A DNA stretch of 64,000 bases from Octopus sinensis. Lineage: Eukaryota. The notes beneath the pieces are model-generated. The model was not told the DNA's origin and made no database searches. It saw nothing but the letters and a program-made list of their open reading frames with translations. The stretch lies in assembly GCF_006345805.1 (NCBI RefSeq), contig NC_043010.1, forward strand, positions 49,166,001 through 49,230,000. Reading direction: 5' to 3'. The position numbers were made by a program, and so were the translations under genes. Shown one piece after another: positions 52,041 to 62,828 of the stretch (within the stretch, counting starts at the first letter, position 1; every line of letters starts with the position of its first letter).

Positions 52041-53329
52041 AGGAAGGTTCCATTTCTATTTGAAAATTATAAAGAATTTAATAAAACGTCATTATTAAGC
52101 CGGTGTTTGGAACATAGCATGAAATTTTAAAAGATTTTCATTTACTTTAAAACAAGAATTTTGTATCATAAAATCAAGAGCAGTCCTTAGGCAGGCTGAT
52201 TTTGAAAGGGTTTAAGACAAGTCCTTACAAATACTTAACTACAATTGGTGACATTTTGCACCAGTTCATAAAGGATTTCAATAACTTATCCAGAAGCTAG
52301 CTGTGCTTCTTGCACACAATGTTTGACTCAAAATTTTAAGTACTAAAGTATTTTATTAGTCAGAATGCACAAGAATTTACAAGGACTTTATGAACTTCAT
52401 TTAATGGAAGCTAATAATAATAATAATAAACACTGAAAGTGAAATTTAAAAAAAAAAAGCATCTTCCGAAAGATAATGAAGTTGTATGGGAATTTGGTGA
52501 GAACAGAATAAAAACAGATTAACAAATGTTGCTGGGGAAGAAAAAAAAATCAAAAATATATTAAACCTAGAAAAATATAAAATGAAATCCTGAAGACTAG
52601 GTTGAACACATCTGACTCAAAAAGGTTCATTAAGAGATGTGAAGTGAGATAATTTAATGCTGTATGTCAGCATATAACAAAAAGAAGAGAAAAAAGGAAT
52701 ACAAACATAATGATAAAAAGATTATAATTTTGAATCCCCCATAATGACAGATTACAAAATACTATTATAATGCTTCTTTTAGGCCTAGATTCCTCCAATC
52801 TATAATCAGTTCAAGTGTTTTGCTTTTATGTTCTATTTTGGCAAGTGTCAAGTTAACCAATTTTACCCATCCATCCTTCCGTTTGCAACCAAACATATTC
52901 TGTATCTGCTACAGAATGATTTAAGCATGTTGAGCATTTTCTGTAATAGAATTATTATGCATAGAAGTAACAGACATGTCACTTATGAACTTATGATTAT
53001 ATTACCCAATGACATTTCATAAAACAGGAATGTTCAAGAAGTACAAGTAAGTAATATGTAGTGTATACACATTCACTCACTCACACACTCTCTCTCTCTC
53101 TCACACACACACACAGACACAGAGCTTTTCCCTAAAGAATACAAAAAGTAAAATATGTCCAAGTCAGTTACTGAAACCTCGCTTAACATAAACATAGGCA
53201 TATTGTACTGACATGGTGGTAGAAAAAAACTGGGAAATATAAAAACAGTCCTATTAAAAAAAAAAAAAAAAAAAAAGACGCCCTGCTGTGGATAAAAGTT
53301 TTGAAGTTGATAAACGGCAATAAACAAAT

Positions 53330-53540
53330 ATATATACTACATATGTGGGAAATTCTGGATGTGGATGTGTTTGTAGACTTGTTAGCTACATCGTTTTATC
53401 GATTTTGCTGAAACTTGACATGTGAGTAGAACTCATGTCTGGAAACCTCATGGCATACTCAGATTGTTGAAAAAAATTCGATAATGGGCCCCTAGAAGGG
53501 ATCCTATATATATATATATATAATATATATATATATACAT

Positions 53541-53571
<31 letters not shown>

Positions 53572-54210
53572 CTAATATATTTCATTTTAACAGTTAAAAG
53601 AAATAACCCATTCACTCAGATTTTAACAGCCAAAGGTAATAACCCATTCATTTTCCTATATCATTTGGTATAAATCAAATTGAGTATGCTTATTTCATAG
53701 CATTTGAACTGTTAGAGTTATTTTTGCAATTTATCTAGTACAACGCTTATACAAGTAAATAGTATTTTCCTAAACAATAGATCCACTTATTTCAATTAGT
53801 GACTTATTCACGAATATACCAACACTAGCGTCGCTGAGGGTAATATTCTCTGGGAACGCACGAAAGCCCTTTCCAGAGTTATTTACTGTGAATTGTTATC
53901 TCGTATCTGATTAGCCTGTTATTATGTAACAAGCTTCACGATTTTAGTATACATACCTTATTAATATTTCCTCCTATGTTCTATATACTCTGGGAATGCA
54001 TTAAAACCCTTTTCAGGGTTACTTTATTAGAATTCTTAATACCAGGTAACCAATTTCATGTTATTACACAACTGACTTCACAATTTGGGTATGCATAACT
54101 TATTGGGAATTCCTAAAAACAAGATCCTATGAAAGACAGTTCAGTATTCTCTGTAAATGCACGAAAACTGTTTTAAGGGCTACATACTTTGTATTGTTGT
54201 TATTGGTTAG
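53330..54210. mobile_element. Unclassified element, possibly a non-autonomous Helitron, with degenerate 140-160-bp internal repeats
   Basis: ATTCTCTGGGAACGCACGAAA-like blocks at 53845, 53985 and 54146. The start TATACTA...TGTTTGT...CGATTTTGCTGAAACTTG recalls Helitron-N 5' ends. Confidence 0.35.
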
Positions 54211-54866
54211 CGAAACATGAGAATGGAACCAAGGGATAAGCCCTGCTTTCCCATGAATTATTGAGTACGTCAGCAAACTTCTCATGTGTGTTTACATTTG
54301 TTGTTAAATCGAGTATTGTGTCCCACTATGTCTCAAAGCAGTTCATCAAGCAGAAATCTATAAAATAAATGCCAGATTGAAATATGTACTGAGATCAGTA
54401 TGATTAATCAAATTTTTGAAGGTGAGCCCCCATCATGGCAACAGTCAAAAGACTAAACCCAGTAAAATAATGTTTAAAGATTTAATGGCTTCAAATTTAA
54501 GGTAATGGATTACTAACCAGAAAATAATTAGTTGAAAACTTCATATTGAACTTCCATCCTTTTCAATAGCAGTGTATGTACATCTCAGTCTACTTCCAAC
54601 AATTAACTGTAATTTGAAGTTGAATGGTTAGCAATAAGAAAGCTGTCCAGATTTCTTGAAAAATTATTATTCATGCAGAGTTGCCTTCCTTAGCTAAAGA
54701 CCTCAAAATTGTGTGACCTGACCTCGTTTCCATGGTTATTTTTGTAGTAAAAAAGAATTCTTGTGCAAAAAACAGACTTTACTTGGTAGCTGAAAGATTA
54801 CTGAATCTTGATATCTCATACGTCAAAACTAGCAACTCAGTTTTCAAATCCATGAGGAACAGACAT

Positions 54867-54867
<1 letters not shown>

Positions 54868-54899
<32 letters not shown>
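54868..54899. repeat. (CA)n microsatellite
   Basis: Seen directly. Confidence 0.95.
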
Positions 54900-54903
<4 letters not shown>

Positions 54904-55191
54904 CTGTTTTATATATTAAGATAAAAGAGGGAATCACCTGAACAGTTGTCTCTCCCCCACCAACTTTGGCAGGGTGACAATTCTTCTAGCAGGATATCCT
55001 AGAGAGATAATTATTCAGATGAGGTCAGATTGAGGCCAGCCGAAAGGATTGCTTAGAGGCAAAGGGCATGATGTATTAATCTGCGAATTTATTGTTTCCA
55101 CAGCATGAAACTAAAAGTAGCTCATATTTAAATGAAATGCATATTAAATGATACATATATATGTACACACACACACACACATGCACAGATA

Positions 55192-55370
55192 TCATCATCA
55201 GTTAACATCTGTTTTCCATACTAGCATGGGTTGGATGGTTTGACCAGAGGTGCAAGCAAGAGAGCTGCACAAGGTGCCAGTCTGATTTGCTACAGCTGGA
55301 TGCCCTTCGGTTGCAACAGCTGGATGCCCTTCCTAACACCAACCACATTAGAGTGTGTTGGGTGCTCTTT
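55192..55370 (-). mobile_element. RTE-LINE 3' tail (family A)
   Basis: Reverse tail motifs, with an internal duplication of ACAGCTGGATGCCCTTC. Confidence 0.7.
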
Positions 55371-55449
55371 CAATGTGTGTATATATAGATATATATGTGT
55401 CTGTATAAAGGTTTTATTTTCCTTGTTTATATATATATATATATATAGT

Positions 55450-55650
55450 TAATCCAAACATGAAAACACAAAGAGAAAACACAACGTGAGGACGTGGAAC
55501 AAGTATAGTATTATTGGACACTCAGGAAAGAAGGAGGCTTCAACGTTTCGAGCGGAGCTCTTTGTCAGAAACATAGGAAAAGGAAAGATCCAAAGAAGGG
55601 AAGACGGAGGAAACAAATCGCCAACGGTACACACGCGGTCACATTTTGAT
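55450..55650 (-). mobile_element. ~200-bp Penelope-pLTR-like element with hammerhead-like motif
   Basis: Minus 55568-55542 reads CTGACAA-A-GAGC(tcc)GCTC-GAAA-CG-TT; the element sits in (TA)n. Confidence 0.65.
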
Positions 55651-55829
55651 ATATAATATGGTGGTGGGTATGAACATGCACACACACACATGCAAAGGTG
55701 AAAAAAATACGTTTTGCTCCAGGTCTGTCTTTACTGAGCAGAAGTTCTGTGGTAAGTGCCTATACATGAAACTCCCAGCCCTTGAGTCACTAACTTCTGC
55801 TGCTTCTTAATAATAATAATAATAATAAT

Positions 55830-56050
55830 AATGCTGGTTTCAAATTTTGCCATAAAGGCAGAAATTTTAAAGGGGGGGATAAGTCGTTTTCCTTGGCCCC
55901 CAGTGTTTCACTCGTACTTATTTTATCGACCCTGAAAGGATGAAAGGTAAAGTCAACCTTAGCAGAATTTGAACTGAGAACATAGCGATGGGCAAAATAC
56001 TGCTAAGCATTTCGTTGAGAGCGCTAATGATTCTGCCAGCTTAATGCCTT
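55830..56050 (-). mobile_element. SINE family C (tail type 1-like)
   Basis: ATCGACCCTGAAAGGATGAAAGG body and GATTCTGCCAGC head, between (AAT)n tracts. Confidence 0.8.
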
Positions 56051-56066
56051 AATAATAATAATAATA

Positions 56067-56254
56067 ATAATCATCATCATTTAGCGTCCGCTTTCCATGC
56101 TAGCATGGGTTGGACGGTTCAACTGGGGTCTGTGAAGCCAGAAGGCTGCATCAGGCCCAGTCCGATCTGATGCAGCCTTCTGGCTTCACAGACCCCAGTT
56201 GAACCGTCTAACCCATGCTAGCATGGAAAGCGGACGCTAAATGATGATGATTAT
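56067..56254. repeat. 88-bp inverted repeat with 12-nt spacer (fold-back of the RTE tail)
   Basis: Arms 56067-56154 and 56167-56254, with one non-Watson-Crick position (56112 G / 56209 T). Confidence 0.95.
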
Positions 56255-56259
56255 ACATC

Positions 56260-56585
56260 TTTATCATTTACTTACTTCAGTCATTAGATTGCAACAATGC
56301 TGGGGCACCCCTCTGAAGAATTGTTTGTCAAATGATTAGACTCCAGTACTTTTTTTTAAAAGCCTGGTATTTATTCTATCCATCACTTTTGCCAAACCGC
56401 TAAGTTACAGAGACATAAACACACCAACAGCCAACAACCATTGTCAAGCGGTGGTGGGGGACAAACAGACAAAGACACACACATGGCTTTGGTCGGCCTG
56501 AGGCTATTGTAGATGACACCTGCCCAAGGTGCCAGGCAGTGGGACTGAACCTGGAACCATGTGGTTTGGGAAGCAAGCATTTTAA
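56260..56585 (-). mobile_element. SINE family B
   Basis: Reverse match. Confidence 0.8.
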
Positions 56586-56699
56586 CATATATAGGCAAAT
56601 TACGTAAATGCTGAATTCGGAAACAGTATCAATGGCAGAGAGGGGGAGTGAAGTCCAAAATGTAGCGCGTGCATAAATGTAGTATATATATATATATAT

Positions 56700-57096
56700 T
56701 CTCTTTTCTCTTTTCCTTGTTTCAGTCATTTTGACTGCGGCCATGCTGGAGAACTGCCTTTAGTCAAGCAAATCGACCCCGGGACTTATGCTTTGTAAGC
56801 CCAGTACTTATTCTATCGGTCTCTTTTTGCCGAACCACTAAGTGACGGGGACGTAAACACACCAGCATCAGTTGTCAAGCAATGCTAGGGGGACAAACAC
56901 AGACACACAAACATATACACACACACTTATACATATATACGACAGGTTTCTTTCAGTTTCCGTCTACCAAATCCACTCACAAGGCTTTGGTCGGCCCGAG
57001 GCTATAGTAGAAAACACTTGCCCAAGGTGCCACGCAGTGGGACTGAACCCGGAACCATGTGGTTGGTAAGCAAGCTACTTACCACACAGCCACTCA
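56700..57096 (-). mobile_element. Young SINE family B
   Basis: CpGs intact; highly similar to 63565-63950; flanked by (TA)n. Confidence 0.9.
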
Positions 57097-57110
57097 TATA
57101 TATATATATA

Positions 57111-57998
57111 CAAATCAAATCAAAATAGACAAAATAGATGAACATCAATGGAATTTGTATCTTGTGGTACCAGTGCCTGTGGCACACAAGAAATCCATCA
57201 GTGCTGTAGTCAGTGCGGTGGGCACATGACAAACACCATCCGATCGTGGCCGTTCGCCAGCCTCATCTAGCACCTGTGTCGGTGGCACATAAAAACACCA
57301 GCCGAAGACCCGGCAAGACTAGTCAGGCCATAACCCATGGCCCCTACCTGGGACGTAGTCAGTCCACCTGTGCATACCTTCCTTCTTGTGACACTTGTGA
57401 AGACCTGTTGAGGCAAGTGAAAATCAAATCAAAACAAATCAAAATAGATGAACATCAATGGAATTTGTATCTTGTGGTACCAGTGCCGGTGGCACGTGGC
57501 ACACAATAAAACCATCCGAACGTGGCCGTAGCCAGTACTGCATCGACTGGCCTCCGTGCTGTGGGCACGTAACAAGCACCATCCGATCGTGGCCGTTTGC
57601 CAGCCTCATCTGGCACCTGTGTCGGTGGCACATAAAAAACACCATCCGAGCGTGGCCGTCTGCCAGCCTCGTCTGGCACCTGTGTCGGTGGCACATAAAA
57701 AACACCATCCGAGCGTGGCCGTTTGCCAGCCTCGTCTGGCACCTGTGTCGGTGGCACATAAAAAACACCATCCGAGCGTGGCCGTTTGCCAGCCTCGTCT
57801 GGCACCTGTGTCGGTGGCACATAAAATCACCCACTACACTCTCGGAGTGGTTGGCGTTAGGAAGGGCATCCAGCTGTAGAAACACTGCCAGATCTGACTG
57901 GACTGGTGCAGCTTTCGGGCTCCCCAGACCCCAGTTGAACCGTCCAACCCATGCTAGCATGGAAAGCGGACGTTAAATGATGATGATGATGATGATGA
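57111..57998 (+). mobile_element. Young RTE-type 3'UTR insertion with tandem array
   Basis: 310-bp-period duplication (57130 vs 57440), four 63-bp units, the family A tail and (GAT)n. Confidence 0.85.
57578..57829 (+). repeat. Four copies of a 63-bp tandem repeat
   Basis: Unit ACCATCCGAGCGTGGCCGTTTGCCAGCCTCGTCTGGCACCTGTGTCGGTGGCACATAAAAAAC at 57578, 57641, 57704 and 57767. Confidence 0.95.
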
Positions 57999-58219
57999 TA
58001 TATAGCAAACATGACAAATAATAAAATTAGGATGATGAGATACCGGACATACGTCAAACAGTAACTGTGACAAATACGATAAACACGTAATATGACTCAA
58101 CAGGCTGCTGTAAGGAGTGATTGACAGCAAACATCTATCTTTAGCCATTATTTTATTTTGTTTTTTGAAGTAGTTTCACTCAATCATAGTGAACCTGTTG
58201 ATGTAAATCACGACTTTAC

Positions 58220-58550
58220 ATGGTTATGAAGCTCGCTTTGCTATCATGAGGTTTGGGGTTCGGTCCTACTGCGCGGCACCTGGAGCAAGTGGGTTTTTTT
58301 TTTACAACAGCCCCCCACACCTCACCTCCGCCGACTAAATGTCTTGTGGGTAAATTTGGTTGACGAAAAGTGTGGAAATAACCCGCGTGTACGTTCGTCC
58401 TCCGCCACCGCTTGACAACAGGGGTTGGTCAACTTATGTCCCAGTAACTTAATGGTTCGACAAAATAAGACCGATAGAATAAATACCAAACTTTAAGAAA
58501 AGTGTCCCAGTATGGTCGCAATCCAATGACTAAAACATGCAAAAGACAAA
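58220..58550 (+). mobile_element. Diverged SINE family B that retains CpGs
   Basis: Head, body and tail are recognisable; many substitutions but abundant CG. Confidence 0.75.
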
Positions 58551-58920
58551 AAAAAAAACGGAAGAGGATTACAGCAATGTAAATATAGCATATGCCTACA
58601 ACTTGTGACCATTTTCCTTTTTTTTTTTTTTTTTGCTAAAAGTAATTTACAAACATTACAAGCGCATCCAAGGTGACGCAAATCCAAGGTGACTGAAAAG
58701 TTTAGGCAGTCATTAAAAGAGCACGTGACATAATTAAACCTGGTCTAAAACAGAAATTTAAAACCTGGACTTCGTTTATGGCTGTTATTTGTCACTTGCT
58801 CTTTTCGAAGACTGTCGTAATAAGCAAGGTCAAACCATAAAAAAGAGTGTCAGTGGTCAGATATATAAGCTGTCCGATTTGAAAAAAAAAGGACGGAATT
58901 GTTTTGGTTGAAGTACTTTT

Positions 58921-59341
58921 GGCGATCTTTCGTCTCTAGTAGACCTTTCCGTCGATTTCCGTAAAAATTTTTTTTTTTTTTACATATGGGCTTGCGGCAA
59001 CTTTTGAAGTAATATACATACATATACACATACACCGAGTAAAAAATTTCAGTTATCACTTTCTTTCACACATTACTGTCTCTTCACACACACCAACAGA
59101 AGCACTTCACTTACACAACATACTGTCTGTCTCCCACACCCCATCAAACACACACACACACACATGTACATCAATGCTTCCCCTGGACGGTAACTTCAAA
59201 AGAACTTCCCTCGTCATAAAATCGCTTTCTCTTAGTCTCTTTCGCTCTCATTACTTCAAAAGTTCCCGCAAGCCCATACGTAAAAAAAAAAAAATTTTTA
59301 CGGAAATCGACGGAAAGGTCTACAAGAGACGAAAGATTGCC
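58921..59341. mobile_element. MITE with ~93-bp TIRs and 8-bp TSD (Merlin- or MULE-like)
   Basis: TIRs 58921-59013 and 59250-59341 with GG...CC termini; GTACTTTT at 58913-58920 and 59342-59349. Confidence 0.85.
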
Positions 59342-59934
59342 GTACTTTTTATTATACGTTTACTCGACCGAGACTTGCCAATGGCTAAACAACAAGAGTT
59401 CAAAACAGCAAAGTAGTTGAGCTATTAAAATCTTCGAATAAACAGGGTGGTCACGAGCGCTGCATCAAGTACAATGAAGTGTGACTGACTGACTATAAGG
59501 CAAAAAATTTTATGAGGGGATGGGTGTTAACTGAGCGATGTGAGGAGACGGAAGTCTGAATGAAACCCCCATTATTTTATCATCAACAAGAGTAACTAAC
59601 ATACGTCACGACGGACTCACTAACGTCACCCATAACACGAAACATCACAAAGCTGTAGGAAGTAGACAAATTGAATACGAAAACATGAAAAGAAAAACAA
59701 AATCTGAACATGTTCACGTAAGTTTATCTATTTCGTGTGAAACAATCCTTCAGGATTACCTTAACGTAAATAGCACACGAGAAAAACAATTTGACTGACA
59801 AATATGATGTTAGTTTAACGCTTCGGTGGAGAAAGAATGTGTACGTATACATACACAAACCATTCATTAGTAATGACATCTATACATAATGAAAAGTTGT
59901 AATAAACATGCAGAGAGAGAGAGAGGTAGAAAAA

Positions 59935-60665
59935 TATAGATAGACAGGTAGATAGATATAGATAGACAGATATAGATAGATAGATATAGACAGACAGATA
60001 TAGATAGATAGGTATAGACAGACAGATATAGATAGATAGATATAGACAGACAGATATAGATAGATAGATATAGACAGACAGATATAGATAGATAGATATA
60101 GACAGACAGATATAGATAGATAGATATAGACAGACAGATATAGATAGATATAGACAGACAGATATAGATAGATATAGACAGACAGATATAGATAGATAGA
60201 TATAGACAGACAGATATAGATAGATAGATATAGACAGACAGATATAGATAGATAGATATAGACAGACAGATATAGATAGATAGATATAGACAGACAGATA
60301 TAGATAGATAGATATAGACAGACAGATATAGATAGATAGATATAGACAGACAGATATAGATAGATAGATAGATATAGACAGACAGATATAGATAGATAGA
60401 TATAGACAGACAGATATAGATAGATAATGACAGGCAGATATAGATAGATAATGACAGGCAGATATAGATAGATAGATATAGACAGACTGATATAGATAGA
60501 TAGATATAGACAGACTGATATAGATAGATATAGACAGACATCATAGATAGATATAGACAGACATCATAGATAGAGATAGGTATAGACAGATGTAGATAGA
60601 CATCATAGAGATAGATATAGATAGACAGCCAGATATAAATACTTAGATATAGACAGACAGAGACA
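59935..60665. repeat. GATA/GACA compound satellite with 28-bp higher-order unit
   Basis: Unit GATATAGACAGACAGATATAGATAGATA; it explains the 267-aa SIYL-rich ORF. Confidence 0.95.
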
Positions 60666-61200
60666 TACACTGTGTGTGTATGTGTAATTTTACATGTGCT
60701 ATTCAGGCAATCAAATTAATTTTTATCGGGAGCTACTGCCCCTGCAGATGGGTTGGAAGATCACACCACACTTGGACATCTTAAACTTTGAATTGGTTTC
60801 AACAACTGTCCTTTCCTAACACCAACCGTTTTACAAGATTTGCACTAAACACTCTATTGCAACATCCAAACTTAAGTTGCTAGTCCTGCTACTTCACCAA
60901 CTACTTTACAAAATATACTCAATGAATCTTACAGTGTCACTAGCATTAATGAATCTGCCTTTTATCCTTAAGACTAGATGGTCCTCACTACTGTATGATA
61001 GGCTTTTTTTTTACTCAAAGTGATGTCCAGGAAAGCAGACCGAAGAAAGTAATGACAGGTAAAAAGAATCAGGAGGAAGTGAAGGTTGCAAGAGTATGAT
61101 GGTAGAAACAGAGTTATTGGAGGAGGGAGTGTGTGACAAATAACGAAGTAGAAGAGGAGACTATATGTGTAAGTAAGTAATTGATGCCAACAGCATCCAG

Positions 61201-61445
61201 GCACGTGGCTTAGTGGTTAGGGTGTTGAACTCATGATCGTAAGGTTGTGGTTTCGATTCTTGGTCCGGGCGATGCGTTGTGTTCTTGAGCAAAACACTTC
61301 ATTTTCACGTTGCTCCAGTCCACTCAGCTGGCAAAACTGAGTAATCCGGCGACGGACCGGTGTCCCATCCAGGTGGGGAATTTCTAGGCCACTGAAACCG
61401 GGAAACCAGCGCTTATGAGCCTGGCATGGCTCGAGAAGGAACATT
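61201..61445 (+). mobile_element. tRNA-headed SINE (head F, tail type 2)
   Basis: TGGCTTAGTGG A-box, GTTTCGATTC B-box, GTTCTTGAGCAAAACAC and CGACGGACCGGTGTCCCATCCAGG. Confidence 0.8.
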
Positions 61446-62389
61446 TTTATTATTTTTTTTAACAGCTAATGGCTCGGGGGAATGACTTGTAATGCAGAAA
61501 GGGTAATCAAACATGATGAGAAGCGACACCAGATGTATACTTGAAAGGGGAAGACTGTGTGGCATATCTCTCCTCCTCATTTAGACTTGGTACCAGTTGC
61601 CACTAAGTGAGAGTTCTTTCTCTATCTTTCTCCTAAAGAATATAATTTCAATAAATAAATAAATCTATGTTATTTAATGGACCCTTGTTCTAATACATGC
61701 CACTGGGTTGTAAAATATCAAGACCATGAATGTATTCTTTCGTATATATGTCCAAGTATTTTATCTACTGAAAATCAGGCAAGACAACTGCTGTGCTGAT
61801 AATGCCTACAGAGGCAGAAACAGGTTTACAGCAGTCTTCTTGTCTTCAAACTATCATCTAGAATGTCAATTTTAGGGAATTCATAATTCTCAAGATTATC
61901 TCCCCTTCTCATCTGGAACTAGTCTCAATGGTTTTCAAGTGGTTAGAAAGCATAATTTCAATACATCAGGAAATTATCTTCAATGCTATAATTTACTTTG
62001 ATTCTTCTGTTCTAATGCATGCTAGTGGTCACTTTGAGTTATTTCTCTTAACCTGTTTCTACTTCATTTACACACACACACACACATATAGCACCTCAAC
62101 CAGTACCACCTTTTTTTATGACAGTTTGACCATGTTTCCACAAGTGGGTGGGTCTTCCCCACTATAGCACGTCACCAGTTGTCTCAATCCTTTCACATCT
62201 CCATGCAGCAAAACATCATGAAAAGAAAATCGTTACATATATATTCATATATGTAAACACACACATATACACACATGCATACATGTGTGTATGTATATTT
62301 TTATAAATATGTGTAAAAGCATATAATTACACATTTGTAAACAAGCATTCACAACTATTCAATATTTATTTATATACACAAGAAAATGC

Positions 62390-62768
62390 TTGTAGGATGA
62401 AAAGTTTGCTTCCCAACGATATGATTCTGAGTTCAGTCCTACTGCATGCCACATTGGGCAAGTGTCTTCTACTATAGCCTCGGGCCGACCAAAGTCTTGT
62501 GAGTGGGTTTGATAGATGGAAGCTAAAAAAAAAAAACTGTCGTATAAGTATATGTGTGTGTCTTTGTGTCAGTTTGTCCCCACAACACTGCTTAATAACT
62601 GGTGTTCGTTTGTTTACGTTCCCATAGCTTAGCAGTTTGGCAAAAGAGACTGATAGAACAAGTACTGGGCTTTAAGAAAAAAAAGGACTGGGGTCAATTG
62701 GTTTGACTAAAAATTCTTCAAGGTAATGTCCCAGCATGGCCACAATCTAATGACAAACAAGTAAAAGA
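62390..62768 (+). mobile_element. SINE family B
   Basis: Head, (TG)n and tail. Confidence 0.85.
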
Positions 62769-62828
62769 GAACAGATTAACAGATGCTTACATATAAACAT
62801 AAGTACACGTTATACTGTAACTGTATAA

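Larger units (their letters stand above)
58190..59850. promoter_or_regulatory. CpG-retaining candidate promoter / first-exon region
   Basis: CG is visibly frequent in unique sequence; CACGTGAC at 58722, ATCCAAGGTGAC twice (58666, 58682), CAAGGTCA at 58825, ACGTCA at 59603 and 59623. Confidence 0.45.

Noticed and set aside
57439-57976. Overlapping ORFs in five frames with 21-aa repeats; CRISPR-like periodicity
   Set aside because: The 63-bp unit is a multiple of three with a stop in only one frame. Units are contiguous and near-identical, with no unique spacers and no cas genes.
59867-60670. 267-aa ORF, the longest in the window
   Set aside because: It is a translation of the GATA/GACA satellite.
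61201-61272. tRNA gene candidates (also 8342-8410 and 30222-30290)
   Set aside because: A/B boxes are present but there is no proper acceptor stem, and each runs into a repeat body, so these are SINE heads.
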